NCBI RefSeq assembly: GCF_009914755.1
Contig: NC_060937.1
DNA length: 64,000 nucleotides
Reading direction: 5' to 3' (one strand)
Source: the human T2T-CHM13v2.0 reference genome, Homo sapiens
In this document: positions 29,010 to 43,918 of the stretch, piece after piece
How the letters are laid out: each line of letters starts with the position of its first letter
How positions within the stretch are numbered: position 1 is the first letter of the stretch
The notes under the pieces: generated by a model
Seen by the model: only the letters and a program-made list of their open reading frames with translations
Database searches by the model: none
Told to the model about the DNA's origin: nothing
Position numbers and translations under genes: made by a program

Positions 29010-30085
29010 CTGTAAGGCAAAAAACAATTTGCCAGATGCTATGATACCACTGCCAGGTATGTTACTTGTTGCCATATTGTTTGTAGTGTGTTAGTTATTC
29101 AGTTAAGAAATATTTTTTTACTGAGCATCTACTACAGGTCTGGCATTGTTTTTGTTTTGGTAGCACTGGGGTAACAGACGGGACTAAAATAAGCTTCCTG
29201 CCCTTCCTCAGCTTATGTTCTGGAGGAAGGGAGATAGTGAATAGACATACATTTATACATTCAGACACACAATCATTTCAAGGATTGATAAGCAGAGATA
29301 ATACAGGTCTAAGCAATACTTAGCATCTTCTCAACATACTTCCTGCCACTGTCACAAAGGGGGTCCTTTGAATCAGAGATACTTAGGTACAAACAATAAA
29401 ATCAATTTCCAAAAACATTTAAGGGAAGAGATACCAATCTCAAAGCTTACCATCATTCTTACTGAGATTTTCCAGCTGGGATTAAAAGGTAGGCACAGGC
29501 CAGATTACTAGTGAACATATAAGCTGCAGCAAAGGCCCTGGACAAACAAGAGACTTCAGGACACCTCCAGCCAAGTCATTGTGACATCAGAGTCAGTGGC
29601 CCCATCGAGAATGATTGCATCACTAGAGCCACCAGAGACACAGTATTAACAGCAAAGATGCAACTTCTGCAGGAGGGATAGATGCCTCAGTGCCACCATG
29701 ATGCCTACGGTGACCTCACAGAAGTCTTTCAGATCATAAGCAGCCAGCACTTGGAGGGCAGAGCAGCTTTAGCTCCCACTATGTATAACAGTCTTCAAGT
29801 TATTTCATGAATAGGCAAAAGTACATCAGATTTAGGTTTTAGGATTTTCTATGCCCCAATACTAACTGCCTATTGAATACACAACTGGGGGCATCAGAGT
29901 AAAGACACACCTTAAATCTTACCTTGTCAGTAATGCTTCCTTGGTCACCCTATAAAAACTGGTAATTGCCCCTCCCAAACAGTTCCTATCCCTCTCTTTA
30001 GCTCTATTTCTCTCTTTAGCACAAATCTCATTGTATCTAACCTCAATGACTAGTACCCCCCAGAATGTTAAATCTATGAGGGCCC

Positions 30086-30515
<430 letters not shown>

Positions 30516-32019
30516 TAGATATGGTTATGTTGTTTATTTCCTTGTCACCCAAGAAAGGAAGTCAAGAATGGATGTCACCCTTTAGAAGAAATTAGAAATC
30601 ATGACCTAAATGTTCATCAACCACTTCCTTAGAATAAAGGATACTAGAGAATAGAAATCACAAATAAATAAGAGTCTAGAGTGAAAAGTAAAATTCATTT
30701 TTATCAATTTTATGGTACGTTACTAAGCACAGCCAGTAATAAACAAATACTGAGTAGAGCATGAATAAATCTTCAACTGTAGCATGTGAGCTGTTTGGTT
30801 ACCACAGTTCCCCAGAACTTCTTCCCTTCTTTCTCAGGATCTACTTCTCTTCATGCTTTGACGTTAGGCAAAGATTCACATCCCAAAGAGAATAACAGAG
30901 CCTAAAACTATCACATATCAAATAGAAACCATCAAGATGCCCAATAATTTAACTCAACAGCTTCCAAAACAGTGTCCAGGAATTGCAGTAAACTGCAATT
31001 TTCTTATTTCATCTATATACTCTATACTATGTTGTAATAAAAGCAGCAGAAAGGAAACAGTGCTATACTGTTTCCCTGGCTGGGTGGTATCACAAAGGAC
31101 TCCACTCCAGCTGATTTAGCCTTTGGTAATGACCATTAATTTTGAAGGTTTGCTGTCAGAAGAACACAACAGAAGGACAGAAAGCAATCAAGAGAAATGG
31201 GTAAGTAAGAAGGGGAAGGCAAAGTTCATGGAAAATTGAATATTTCACCTAAAAGAACTGCAGGGTTGCCCAAAACACCCAAATGACTAACTCCCTCTGG
31301 TCGCTGCATATGACGCCCTTCCCAGTCTCATTCTGCAAAGTTATAATTTGCAAAATTTCAGGTGTTATTATGCCAAGTTGAGAACTGAAATGGAGACCAT
31401 TAGGGGACTTACCCAAAGTCTCGCCATTAGTAATTAGCAGAAGTAGGACAAAAACAAAAGTCTGAACCTGATCCAAAGCTGTTTCCACTGGTATTTCACA
31501 CATTCCGTGTGGGCTGAAATTAGCAGGCTATTTTCAATTTCATTAGCAAAGTAATTTTAAGAACTTTCCCATCAGACATGTCATAAAATATAGGATTAAG
31601 ACCTACATAGGTATATTTGATTTCATGCCTCTGGACAATTGTTCACAAAATTTTATTATTATTCATACTTGTATAAAAAAACTTTGCACCACACAGATCT
31701 AATATAAGAATATTAATTTATACACCTTACATGTGTACAGCTATGCTAATACATTAGGATACATACAGCATATGTAAAAATAGAATTTTGTTCTTTCTTT
31801 CCAATGAATCATCTTACACTTAAAGGTAAATGCCCTCCACTTTGGGGACCACCACTAAATTAACATTCTACCTAAAAACTTTACATATATTAAAAAAAAC
31901 CAGATTTACATGCAACAGAATTTGATAACTAAGACAGTGAAAAAATATTAATACAGAAATTTACCCAAAGTAAAGGTAGGCAGCTGCACTTGAAAAATGG
32001 CTAGATTTCCATGTTTGGG

Positions 32020-33170
<1,151 letters not shown>

Positions 33171-33542
33171 ATTTTTTAAAAAATAAGAATAGGAAATGCT
33201 CATCTCCCTTCAAAAAGATCTAGAACTAAAGGGAGCTGTATTTCATGGGCTACAGGGATCAAAAGAGCACAAGCTACACACCAGGCTGTGAACAAAAATA
33301 CTGAAAGGATAGGAGAAAGTTAAAAGGAGAAGTAGAGAGTAGATACGGGAAATACTGAATAAATGTGTCAAAAATAGGTAAGGAGAAGAAAGAGGAAGTA
33401 AAAGTGAAATTGTCATGATAGAACTATCTAGAAAAGGAAAAGAAAAAAAAAAATCAAGGGCTGGTAAAGACAACAGATGACCACTAGCAATTGAGCACCT
33501 ACTGTCAGACCCTACCCTAAGGAATCCAGACATCCAAGATTA

Positions 33543-33838
<296 letters not shown>

Positions 33839-36800
33839 TATCCATGCTTATCTTTCAACCAGTGCTGCAAGAAGGCTCTAAGGCCAAGATTTACAGATGA
33901 TAAACAAGGTAAAAAAAGTTAAGTATTGTGGTTATGTTTTAAGTGCCTATTTTTTAGAAATATATATACAGAAGTATTTAGAAATAACTGATAGAATGTC
34001 AGTGGGGACGATAAATAGAAATAATTGGTAGAATTTCTTAAATTTGCTTTAAAATAATGCCAGTGGGCAACATGGATGAAGCACAACTGGCCATGTTGAT
34101 AACTGCCGAAGCTGGGAGAAGGGAGAAGGTTGTTCATTGTACTATTCTATGTTTAAGTTTGAAATTTTCCATTAAAAAATTCCCGTTTAAGTTTTCTAAA
34201 AACCTTCAATTTGCTACATCTGTCCAGGAGTCCCTAGGTTGCCTATCTGACCTCCTTATCTGCTACCTGGACACCTCTATGCCCCTCTACCCATACTCTC
34301 TTGTGGATCTTTATTCAAATGAAGACCTTACCCATCACCTTCAAACTGAGACCTTTCCCATCACCTATGACAAAACCACATCTCTACAGATAACCACTCT
34401 CTCCATGTACTGCCCCATAGCCTTCTCTACAGCATTCATCTTCTGACACCTTCCTCCTCATCAATTCATAACTAATGCTTATATGACATTTACTTTGTGC
34501 CTGGCACAGTTCCAAATTTTCTACACACACACACACATCATTTCCTTATGCCTTGATTAGGTCAGAATCCTTCATGGTGCTTCAGATTATTAGCAACCTA
34601 GCCCAGCCCCCAACAAAAATGAACTCTCTTGGTTTCTACACAGCAACATCCAAAGGGCAGCTGGAGGATGGGGGTAGGGTGAAGACTATTAAAGCTATCT
34701 TGATTAAGAAACAGTCAGTATATGAGCCAAACCCACAAGTCCAGGTGGCACTGTTTGGAAAAACAGAAAGCAAGAAAACTATCATCTGTAATTTCACAGT
34801 ATAATAGACGACACATGGAGTGAATAATGAATTGTTTCTGCTATACTAAGACACATAGCCAGCCTACTTGAGGAGCTATTTTCAAATGACCAAGACCCAG
34901 GAGGCCCAGGCTAAACTAATTTAGCCCTAATTCTACAAGCACAGCGGTGAACAGAAGATCTTTAAATCTTGTGGACTCAAATATCTCTTCAGAATATTAA
35001 TATTCACACAGCATGCAGCAGACTGCCTATACCTTGGCAATGCTAATGACATTGACATGTCTACCTCCCTGAGCCCAGATCACCATAAAACCAAGCCTAA
35101 ACTAAAAGTGAGCAACCAAAAAACCCCCAGATTTTTATATAAGTCATGGGACGAATAAAATGATTTAACAATTGAGCCATATTTTTAAAAATACTTGCAA
35201 AATATGCATATAGATAAGTGCTAGTCCCTTCACTTAACAAACTTAAAAGTCCCATGCCAAAAACTTCTAAGAATCATTTCCAAGTAAATACAGAGAGAAT
35301 AGGGAAGTGCCCTAAACATATTTTTGGAATTCAGTTCTTTTCTGATCAACTCTAGCTTGTCGGAATAAAAGAACGTAAAAAAGTATAAGAAGAATACATT
35401 TCTTTATAAGAATAATACAATACCTTTGAATACAATTCTTCTTATACTTACTCTATAATTGTACTTACTCTACAGTTTTCTGCAAACGTACTTACTCTAC
35501 AATTTTCATCATCTAAAATCAACCAGCAAACAGTACCTGCTTACTGTGGGTGCTTTTCAACGTTACCTGTTAAAAAAAAACGTTGAGGTCTAATTTACAT
35601 TTACTTCTTTTAATAAATATAAAGCTAAGGATCATTGGAATGAATGCATTTTTGAACAATTTTTCAACATAATTGTTGGAAAAATCACATTAAGTGTATA
35701 GTTTATTCTAACTTCTATTCATTTTCCAGCCTACTGATGACAAAAAGGCTTGAATCTGAAACTTTTCTTTCTACACTCTGAGAAGTATTTTACCTTTACG
35801 GAGCAGACTTTGGGCTCAGTAGAAACAAAGGATTCATTCAATGTAGAATTATTATCATCATTTTACGGGTTAGAAAAGGAAGTAAAGTGATGACCACATA
35901 GCCACTCAGCAGCATGCTCAAGTCCAAACCCTGGAACCTTGTCCATAGCCCCTAGTCTCACCATCCATGTTGCCTCCGTGTGTGGGATAAAAGACAATGC
36001 AAAAGTTAAAACACTCGCACACACAGGACCCAATTAAATATAATTTTAACGCCAATCTGAGAAAAATGACTTATTAGCTGTGTGATTTTGAGCAATGCTC
36101 TTAACCTCCCCCATGAAGGATGGTGTGAGAACGAACAGAATTGTAGCACGTGTATCAGTCTGGTACACAATGTCCTATGAAGGTTAGCTTTATTATCACC
36201 ATCATTATTATTGCAGAAAGACTTTCAGTTCAGAATAAGACAGCACAGTTACAGAGACCTGGTTTTATTTTCCAGCTTCTTAACTGAGTCATCTTTCAGC
36301 TCCTTTTAATTAAAAAGAAAAAACAATCAGAGATCTAATTGGGTATCAGGAAGATACACAATATGACTAACAGGCACTAATATTACTACACTTATAGTCT
36401 CTGGAAGGCTGGACATACTTATCCAAGAACTGCCTAAATTTTTACAATGACACACCATGCTAAATCTTCCATATTAGAAATTCCATATTTCTCTCCATAC
36501 TAGAAATAATCGTTCCATATTAGAAATAAGAACGTAGATTTGGTAACAAGGGAAACTATTCAAATTTGCCAGTGCTATTATTTGTGTGCCTTCAGATGGG
36601 TGGGGAAAAAATGTGTCAGCAAGCAATGCAGCCTTTCTTTAGTTTTTTACTTATCCTCTAAAGATCATGCAAAAAAAAAAAAAAACCAACAAACGTTTAC
36701 TCTTGGATGTTTAACCTTGGCTCCGACAGAATGTTCCTTGTATCAAAAAACAAGAACTCAGCCAACAATGTTTTTGTTGTTAAACGGTTGCATGAAGACT

Positions 36801-37479
36801 ATGTCCAGTCAAATCTAACCCCTCACCCCGCTCCAAGGCTATGACCCTCAATTTTCATCAAAGTTCCTACCATCTCCCACTTTGTAAAGGCCCTAAAGAA
36901 GTTAATGAAGAAGGCAAAGTTCCTGTCCTCTGCTGTCACTCAGTAATGAGCAGTTTCATGTGGCAGTGCAGAAACTGGGGTTTGAGAAACAGAGGTGTCC
37001 TGACACTCTGGACCGGTAATCACGAAAACCCCAGCACTGCCATAAAGATGCTGTCTTAACTCGGCTCCAAACAAAGTTCTGTCGGCGGCCGGCAGTGTTT
37101 CAGTGGGCAGCAATGTGGTGATACCTTCACAGGATACTTTATAGGCTTCAAAACACTTCCCTCCCTCCAGGCCATTAACCTTCTAAACCACACAGTGGGG
37201 TATGGCTGGAGTATTCTCCCCCTGAGGCAAGGGAACTGAAGTTCAAGAAGGTTTCTTGACTTGCCAAGATCTCCCCGCTACTTTGGCTTTAAGAAACTGG
37301 GTCTAAGAAACTCAAGCTTACGGATTCTCTGTTCTCTGCGCGCTCCCACCACATCTTCAATTCAAAGATCCTTCCAAATTCCACAGAAATAACCCAGTAA
37401 GGGCAGCTCTTGAGTATACCTTTTCCTTTGAGTCTTAATTTTCACTCAAGGCGAAATAACCCCTCCTCTGAAAGTTCTC

Positions 37480-38545
37480 CACGTTTTCCAAGCGGACAGC
37501 ATCAAGTTCGCAGGGGATCTGTATCAGTCTCAGCAGGTGGACTTCACAAGGGGCGGGTTGGGGGAACGCCCGCCTGACCGTGTCCGGCGTGGCGGGGGGT
37601 TGGGGGCGAGAAGAGTGGGGGTTGCTATGTAGGGCGCCCGGACCAAATAACACGCCGCGATTTCACACTCCAGCCTAGCTCAGTTATGTAGCCAAATGTT
37701 TTTCTGTCACCACATATCCACGACTTTGGCTGTGTTGAGGACGAAAACAGAGAAAAGACACTGATCCCAGAACACTGCGCCTGGGAGGACGCAGGGCGCA
37801 GGCTTTGTAGTCTCTGAGAATCGCCCTGCGTAAAAGTGTCCTGAGGTCCCGCTTCTGCGCCCTTCCCGGCCCAAGCCGAACACAGGGTCAACCTCACTCT
37901 ACAAAGTCAACCGGATAGAAATCCGCCACCCCGCGAGGAGCCCCTTCCTACTGTCTCCAAGGGGTCCCCGACACTGCTCTGAGCGACCCTAAGATACCTG
38001 GGTGTCTCTGCTGGGCACAAACCTCTCTGGCGCCACTTCCACCATCCAACCTCTCCCGCGGCCCTCCCTTCCCTTTCTCCAACCACCCTCTCCACCCCGC
38101 GCCGCTCCCATCTCGCCCCCGGCCCCGCCAGCCTCACCCAGCCAAACCCGAGCGGTGGAACGCTGCGCTGGGTAAACGCCGCGCGTCGGGTCCTCCCTCG
38201 CGCGGCTCCGGGCAGCGTTCCGTGGCCACCGCGCTCCCGGTAACAGCAGAAAGGGGAGGGAGGAGAGCTACCGAGGAGGGGACAGCGACGCCCCGACGCC
38301 GCCACGCCCCCCGCCTCCCACACGGGGGCCACCGTAGCTCTCTAGAAGCTCCTCAGGGAAGCAAAGCGCCGTTCCCGCCGCAGGCACCGAGACGTCGCCC
38401 AGATGGAAGAAACTCTGGAGATGCGCGCTCCTACACCGGTGCCGCGGCGCCCGGGCCCAGCACCACGCACCTATGCGCGCCTCTGCCGGTCCTCCTAGAA
38501 ATCCCGCCCTGCCTACCCGCGGCGCGAGACGCAACGACGCTTTCA
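37480..38545. promoter_or_regulatory. CpG-island promoter of RUBCNL
   Basis: Dense CpG and high GC against a CpG-depleted background; GC-box-like motifs (GGGGCGGG near 37550, CCCCGCC near 38124); C13ORF18 promoter methylation is a known cervical neoplasia marker. Confidence 0.9.
38138..38500 (-). other. RUBCNL: RUBCNL 5'UTR exon 1 (5' end uncertain)
   Basis: Donor TGG|gtgagg at 38138/38137 inside the CpG island, followed by a G-rich intron start. Confidence 0.65.
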
Positions 38546-38680
38546 GGGGTCAAAGACCTGGCAGAAATGACTTCCCAACCCCAGATGCCCCCAGCAGCAG
38601 TATTTAGCAGTCATACAATTGCCTGAAATGAAGAATGAGTAATCTGGATGAGTCGGCCCTGAAATCGACCTGCAACTTAC

Positions 38681-38883
38681 CCGGAACGTGAGCTGTCTCT
38701 CTCTGACCTCTGCTGGCTGCTTCACCTGGAGTCTGAGTCCGACTCATGTAGCACTTCACTGTCCGCGTTAGTTTAGCCTTCACTGTCAGCAACTCGTCAC
38801 CTTGTCCTCTTGCAGCGAAGGTTTGGAATCCCATCACGGGTGTGCAGTGGTTAGTCCTGAGATCATGGTGGTGCTAGGAGAAC
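38681..38883 (-). other. Candidate alternative upstream 5'UTR exon of RUBCNL
   Basis: Acceptor ctttctgtattggttggcag|G at 38883 and strong donor CGG|gtaagt at 38681/38680; based on motifs only. Confidence 0.4.
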
Positions 38884-38929
38884 CTGCCAACCAATACAGA
38901 AAGTTGTCACGAATAGAAACCTAAGCTCT

Positions 38930-39230
38930 GGCCGGGTGCGGTGGTTCAAGCCTGTGATCCCAGCACCTACTTTGGGAGGCCAAGTCGGATGGATCACTTG
39001 AGGTTAGGAGTTCGAGACCAGCCTGGCCAACATGGTGAAAGCCTGTCTCTACTAAAAATATAAAAATTAGCCGAGCGTGGTGGCGGGTGCCTGTTATGCC
39101 GGCTACTAGGGAGGCTGAAGCAGGAGCAACCCGGGAGGCGGAGGTTGCAGTAAGCCGAGATCGCGCCATTGCACTCCAGCCTGGGCGACAGAGCAAGACT
39201 GTCAAAAAAAAAAAAAAAAAAAAAACAGAA
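38930..39230 (+). mobile_element. Alu immediately upstream of the promoter
   Basis: CpG-rich Alu dimer; the A-tail runs into a GGAA array. Confidence 0.95.
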
Positions 39231-39598
39231 AGGAGAAGAAGGGAAGGAGGGAGGGAGGGAGGAAGGCAGGCAGGCAGGCAGGAAGGAACCCAAGGGAGGG
39301 AGGGAGGGAAGAAGGAAGGAAGGAAGGAAGGAACCTAAGCCAAGGAAGGAAGGAAGGAAGGAAAGCAAAGAAAGGAAGGAAGGAAGGGCGAAGGAAGGAA
39401 GGAATCTAAGCCAAGGAAGGAAGGAACCTAAGCCCAGGAAGGAAGGAAAGAAGGAAGGAAGGAAGGTAGAAGGAAGGAAGGAACCAAAGCCAAGGAAGGA
39501 AGGAAGGAAAGAAAAGTAGAAAGGAAGGAAGGAAGGAAGGAACCTAAGTCCCAGAAGGAAGGGAGGGAGGGATGGAGGAAGGAAGGAAGCTAAGCTCT
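39231..39598 (+). repeat. (GGAA)n-rich polypurine minisatellite punctuated by GAACCTAAGCC-like units
   Basis: About 370 bp of GGAA/GGGA/GGCA runs with about 7 AACCTAAGC-like motifs. Confidence 0.92.
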
Positions 39599-41870
39599 CT
39601 CTCGCGGTGCCCTGACTTCTCCCGGGGAAGGACCTCTGAGCTGCCTGCACTGGTAATGACACGTAGGTGAACCGGTCCTGGCTTTCTTAGAAGATTCCCT
39701 GCTGCATAAAACCAAATCCCGTTGCACTTTCCTGGGTTCCTTGGCTTTGTCCTTTGTCATTTCCAGGATGGAGCAGAGGCACTGGTAATTTGGCTTTTAC
39801 TTGCCTGGTACCTCTGGCATGGAGTGGCTAAACGGTGGCACCATGTACTAGTTGCTGCCATCTTCAGATAAAATATTGAATCAATATGACAAAAGTCAGA
39901 TGAATACTAGCTGCCAATTACCCTGCTTCCCTTGGGGGCAGCCTGTTTGGAGCATAGACCAGCTTTGACCTGCAAGAACTCTGGATATTTGGAATATTTA
40001 AAATTCCAAATACAGTATCCCAGGAATTCAGGTCAGCTGAAGGCCGATTGGGAAGGGCTTACCTTAAATGAATCAGAAAGAAAAAGGTGTGGGTGTGTGC
40101 TAACATTTTTTGAGTATCGGCTATGTGCCAGGTACTTTTTCTTATTATTTTAAGCAAGTCTGTGAACATCCCTGAGAATAACAAATCATTTGTTCCCATT
40201 TCGCAAGGGGGAAATCTATGACTTAGGTTCAAATAACTTGCCCAAGGTCACAGAGCTAATAGGTAGCACAGTTAGGCTTTGAAGGCAGGTGTATCTGACA
40301 CCAAACCCTATGTCCAATTTCCACCATACTACCAGCAAGATGGAAGAATAATGAAATAAAGGGACCAGGCAAGAGCCAGTTTCAGGAATACTTAAAGGGA
40401 AAGAGGAGTCAGGAGGAACTTAGAGAAAGAATCTTGAAACAAGAGGAAATGTCATGCCAGGTAAATCAGTGAGTCAAAAACCAGAAACAGCTGTACTAGT
40501 TGGCAGACTGGACATAGTCCAAGGCAAGAAAATCGTTTTTGTAGGGAGATTAGGATATTTTGGACCAAGATTGTGGGCTTTAGTCATCCCCTCTGAAGCC
40601 ACTCTGAAATCACCTTTCTCAAAACTGCCATAAGGCAGGCCTAGGCACTATCACGTGGACATCCTACTAACTCTGAGTATAGACCTTCTACATCTCGTCA
40701 CAGACGCAGGAGGTTCACATTCTGAAAGAGCATCTCTAGGACTAAGGAGAAACATTCAAGGACAGGTTTTTCAAGTTAGGAATGCTCACTGGAAATCTGC
40801 TCTGTCCCCTCTGGGATCTGGAAGTAGAATTTCCCAAGCACTAAATGCTGAGGCGTGGACTTTCCAAGAATTTCCTGATTGGTTAATTCTGAGAATGTCA
40901 CTGATCATTACAGACGGATCACCATGCAGGAAAAGGAGAGGCTGGTTTGGGTTTTTTCATGGGGAAGGTGAACTTCCAGATCACAGTGCCCTCCAAGACA
41001 CAGGGCTTGAAAGTCATGAGTGTCAGGGACAACTCACTGTGTCAGCTAGCCCAGCCGGGCTCATGCCCAGCACCCATTGATCACACACAAAGCTCCATTG
41101 TGGCCAGGATAGCCTCATAAAAGACCGAAAGCCTAGCAGCTGCCTGCCAAAACCCAGCCAGGCTTCACAAGAAGTGATTTGTGCTGTGAGCAGAGCTTTG
41201 ACCCCAGTTTTGAACTCAGCTGACAGTCAGCAAAGGGGAAACCAGTCTCTGTACAAAACAGGAAGGAAATGAGATGAAATGAACTGCATTATAAGCTACC
41301 AGAGGGTGCCTAATGGCATCTTCACCACATAGAAGTCCCAGGAAGAAAGACTGATGATTTTGCATGGGAGAGAAGCCCAGACAAGCACCAGGGAAGGAAA
41401 GAACCGAGGAAAGCTGCATTTGGCTTGGCTGTTTCTCTTCCTCCTTGCCTGACTTAACAGCCACTGTCTGCAAAAGGACACATCTGTGTGAACCCACTTG
41501 CATGAGGAGCCTAGAAGAGACAAATTCATAGAGACAGAAAGTAGAACAGAAGTTGGCAGGGCCTGGCAGGATGGGGAATACAGAGTTATTGCTTGATGGA
41601 CACAGATTTTCTGTCTGGTTGATGAAAAAGTTCTGGAGAGAGATTGTAGTGATAGTTGCACAATGCTGTAAATGTACTTAATGCCACTGAATTGTACACT
41701 GAAAAATGGTTATGATAATACATTTTGTTATATTTTACCACAAATATTTATGTGTATGGTGTATGTATATATGTATATATTATTTATATATTTTATATAT
41801 ACATATATATGTAAAAAATATAAATGTATTATCATGATGTAATACTTCTTTGGAGTAAAAGCCCAGGTGA

Positions 41871-42879
<1,009 letters not shown>

Positions 42880-43059
42880 TTAATTTATTTTTCTTTCCAT
42901 TTAGGGGTGCCCAGGGCCCAGCTTTTGGGTTGTTGCAGCTCCTTATTCAGAAGGAAGAGTAGTTCTGCCATTTTACTCTCTGATCCAGCTGGTGTTAAGT
43001 AGCTGGGGGTTTGTGGTGGCATAGTCAGAGATGTGGCCCTAAAAGGGACTCTTTACCTT

Positions 43060-43812
43060 TGAGGACTAAACTCATTTTTTTTTCTTGCCTAAATTCCTAT
43101 CTAAGCGGTCTGGGGAGTCATGCCCTACAAATCATAAATTCTCATCAGATGGGTTTTATTTAACCCTGTATGTCGTGACTTACTTTCCAATCTGACTCTG
43201 GCATAACATCACGAGACAAGGAAGAAAATCAAAATATTTTACCCCAAAACGTGTTTCTTTGCCATATTTTGAAATGACCCTGCAAAGCTGTTCTTTGTGG
43301 GGGAAAATTTACATCTGTAAAAGATCTCTATTAAAATAGCTAGATCTTTTTCTTCCAGACCCTCCCAATCTAAAGAGATTAACTAGGATCTGAATAGGAA
43401 ACATTTGTCATCTATTGTCTCTAAGGGCAGACACTATAAGACTTCAAAACAACTTTGGTCACCACAATTTTTATCTTAACCTGAACATTCCCTTCTTATG
43501 AATCCCAGGTTTTTAGACAAACTCAATCAATTGTCAACCAGAAAATGTTTAAATTCCCCTATAACCTGGAAGCCCCACCACCGCCGGCTTTGAATTGTCC
43601 CGCCTTTCCGGACCAAACCAACTATTTCTTCAGTGTATTTGATGGATGTCTCATGCCTCTCTAAAATGTATAAAACCAAGCTGGGCCCTGACCACCTTGG
43701 ACACATGTTCTCAGGACCTCCTGAGGGCTGTGTCACTGGTCATGGTCACTCATATTTGGCTCAGAATAAATCTCTTCAAATATTTTATAGAGTTTGACTC
43801 TTTTCGTCGACA
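43060..43812 (+). mobile_element. MER4-family (MER4E-like) ERV1 solo LTR
   Basis: TG...CA ends, AATAAA near the 3' end, 4-bp TSD CCTT (43056-59 and 43813-16), MER4-type terminus GAGTTTGACTCTTTTCGTCGACA. Confidence 0.88.
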
Positions 43813-43870
43813 CCTTTGATATTAAATCTATGCACTATTTACAAAGAGAGAGGGAGAAGGAAAGGGAGGG

Positions 43871-43874
<4 letters not shown>

Positions 43875-43915
<41 letters not shown>
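43875..43915. repeat. (GA)n microsatellite
   Basis: Perfect GA run. Confidence 0.95.

Positions 43916-43918
<3 letters not shown>

Noticed and set aside
37907-38626. GC-rich ORFs of 88-141 aa on both strands
   Set aside because: Long ORFs are expected from stop-codon scarcity in a CpG island, and no protein is recognisable.
39231-39598. Repeat-spacer look of the AACCTAAGC-punctuated array (CRISPR-like)
   Set aside because: The spacers are GGAA microsatellite rather than unique sequence, the DNA is human, and there are no cas genes.
38994-39662. 222-aa and 116-aa low-complexity ORFs (PSFL / EGRK repeats)
   Set aside because: They are by-products of the stop-free GGAA array plus an Alu.
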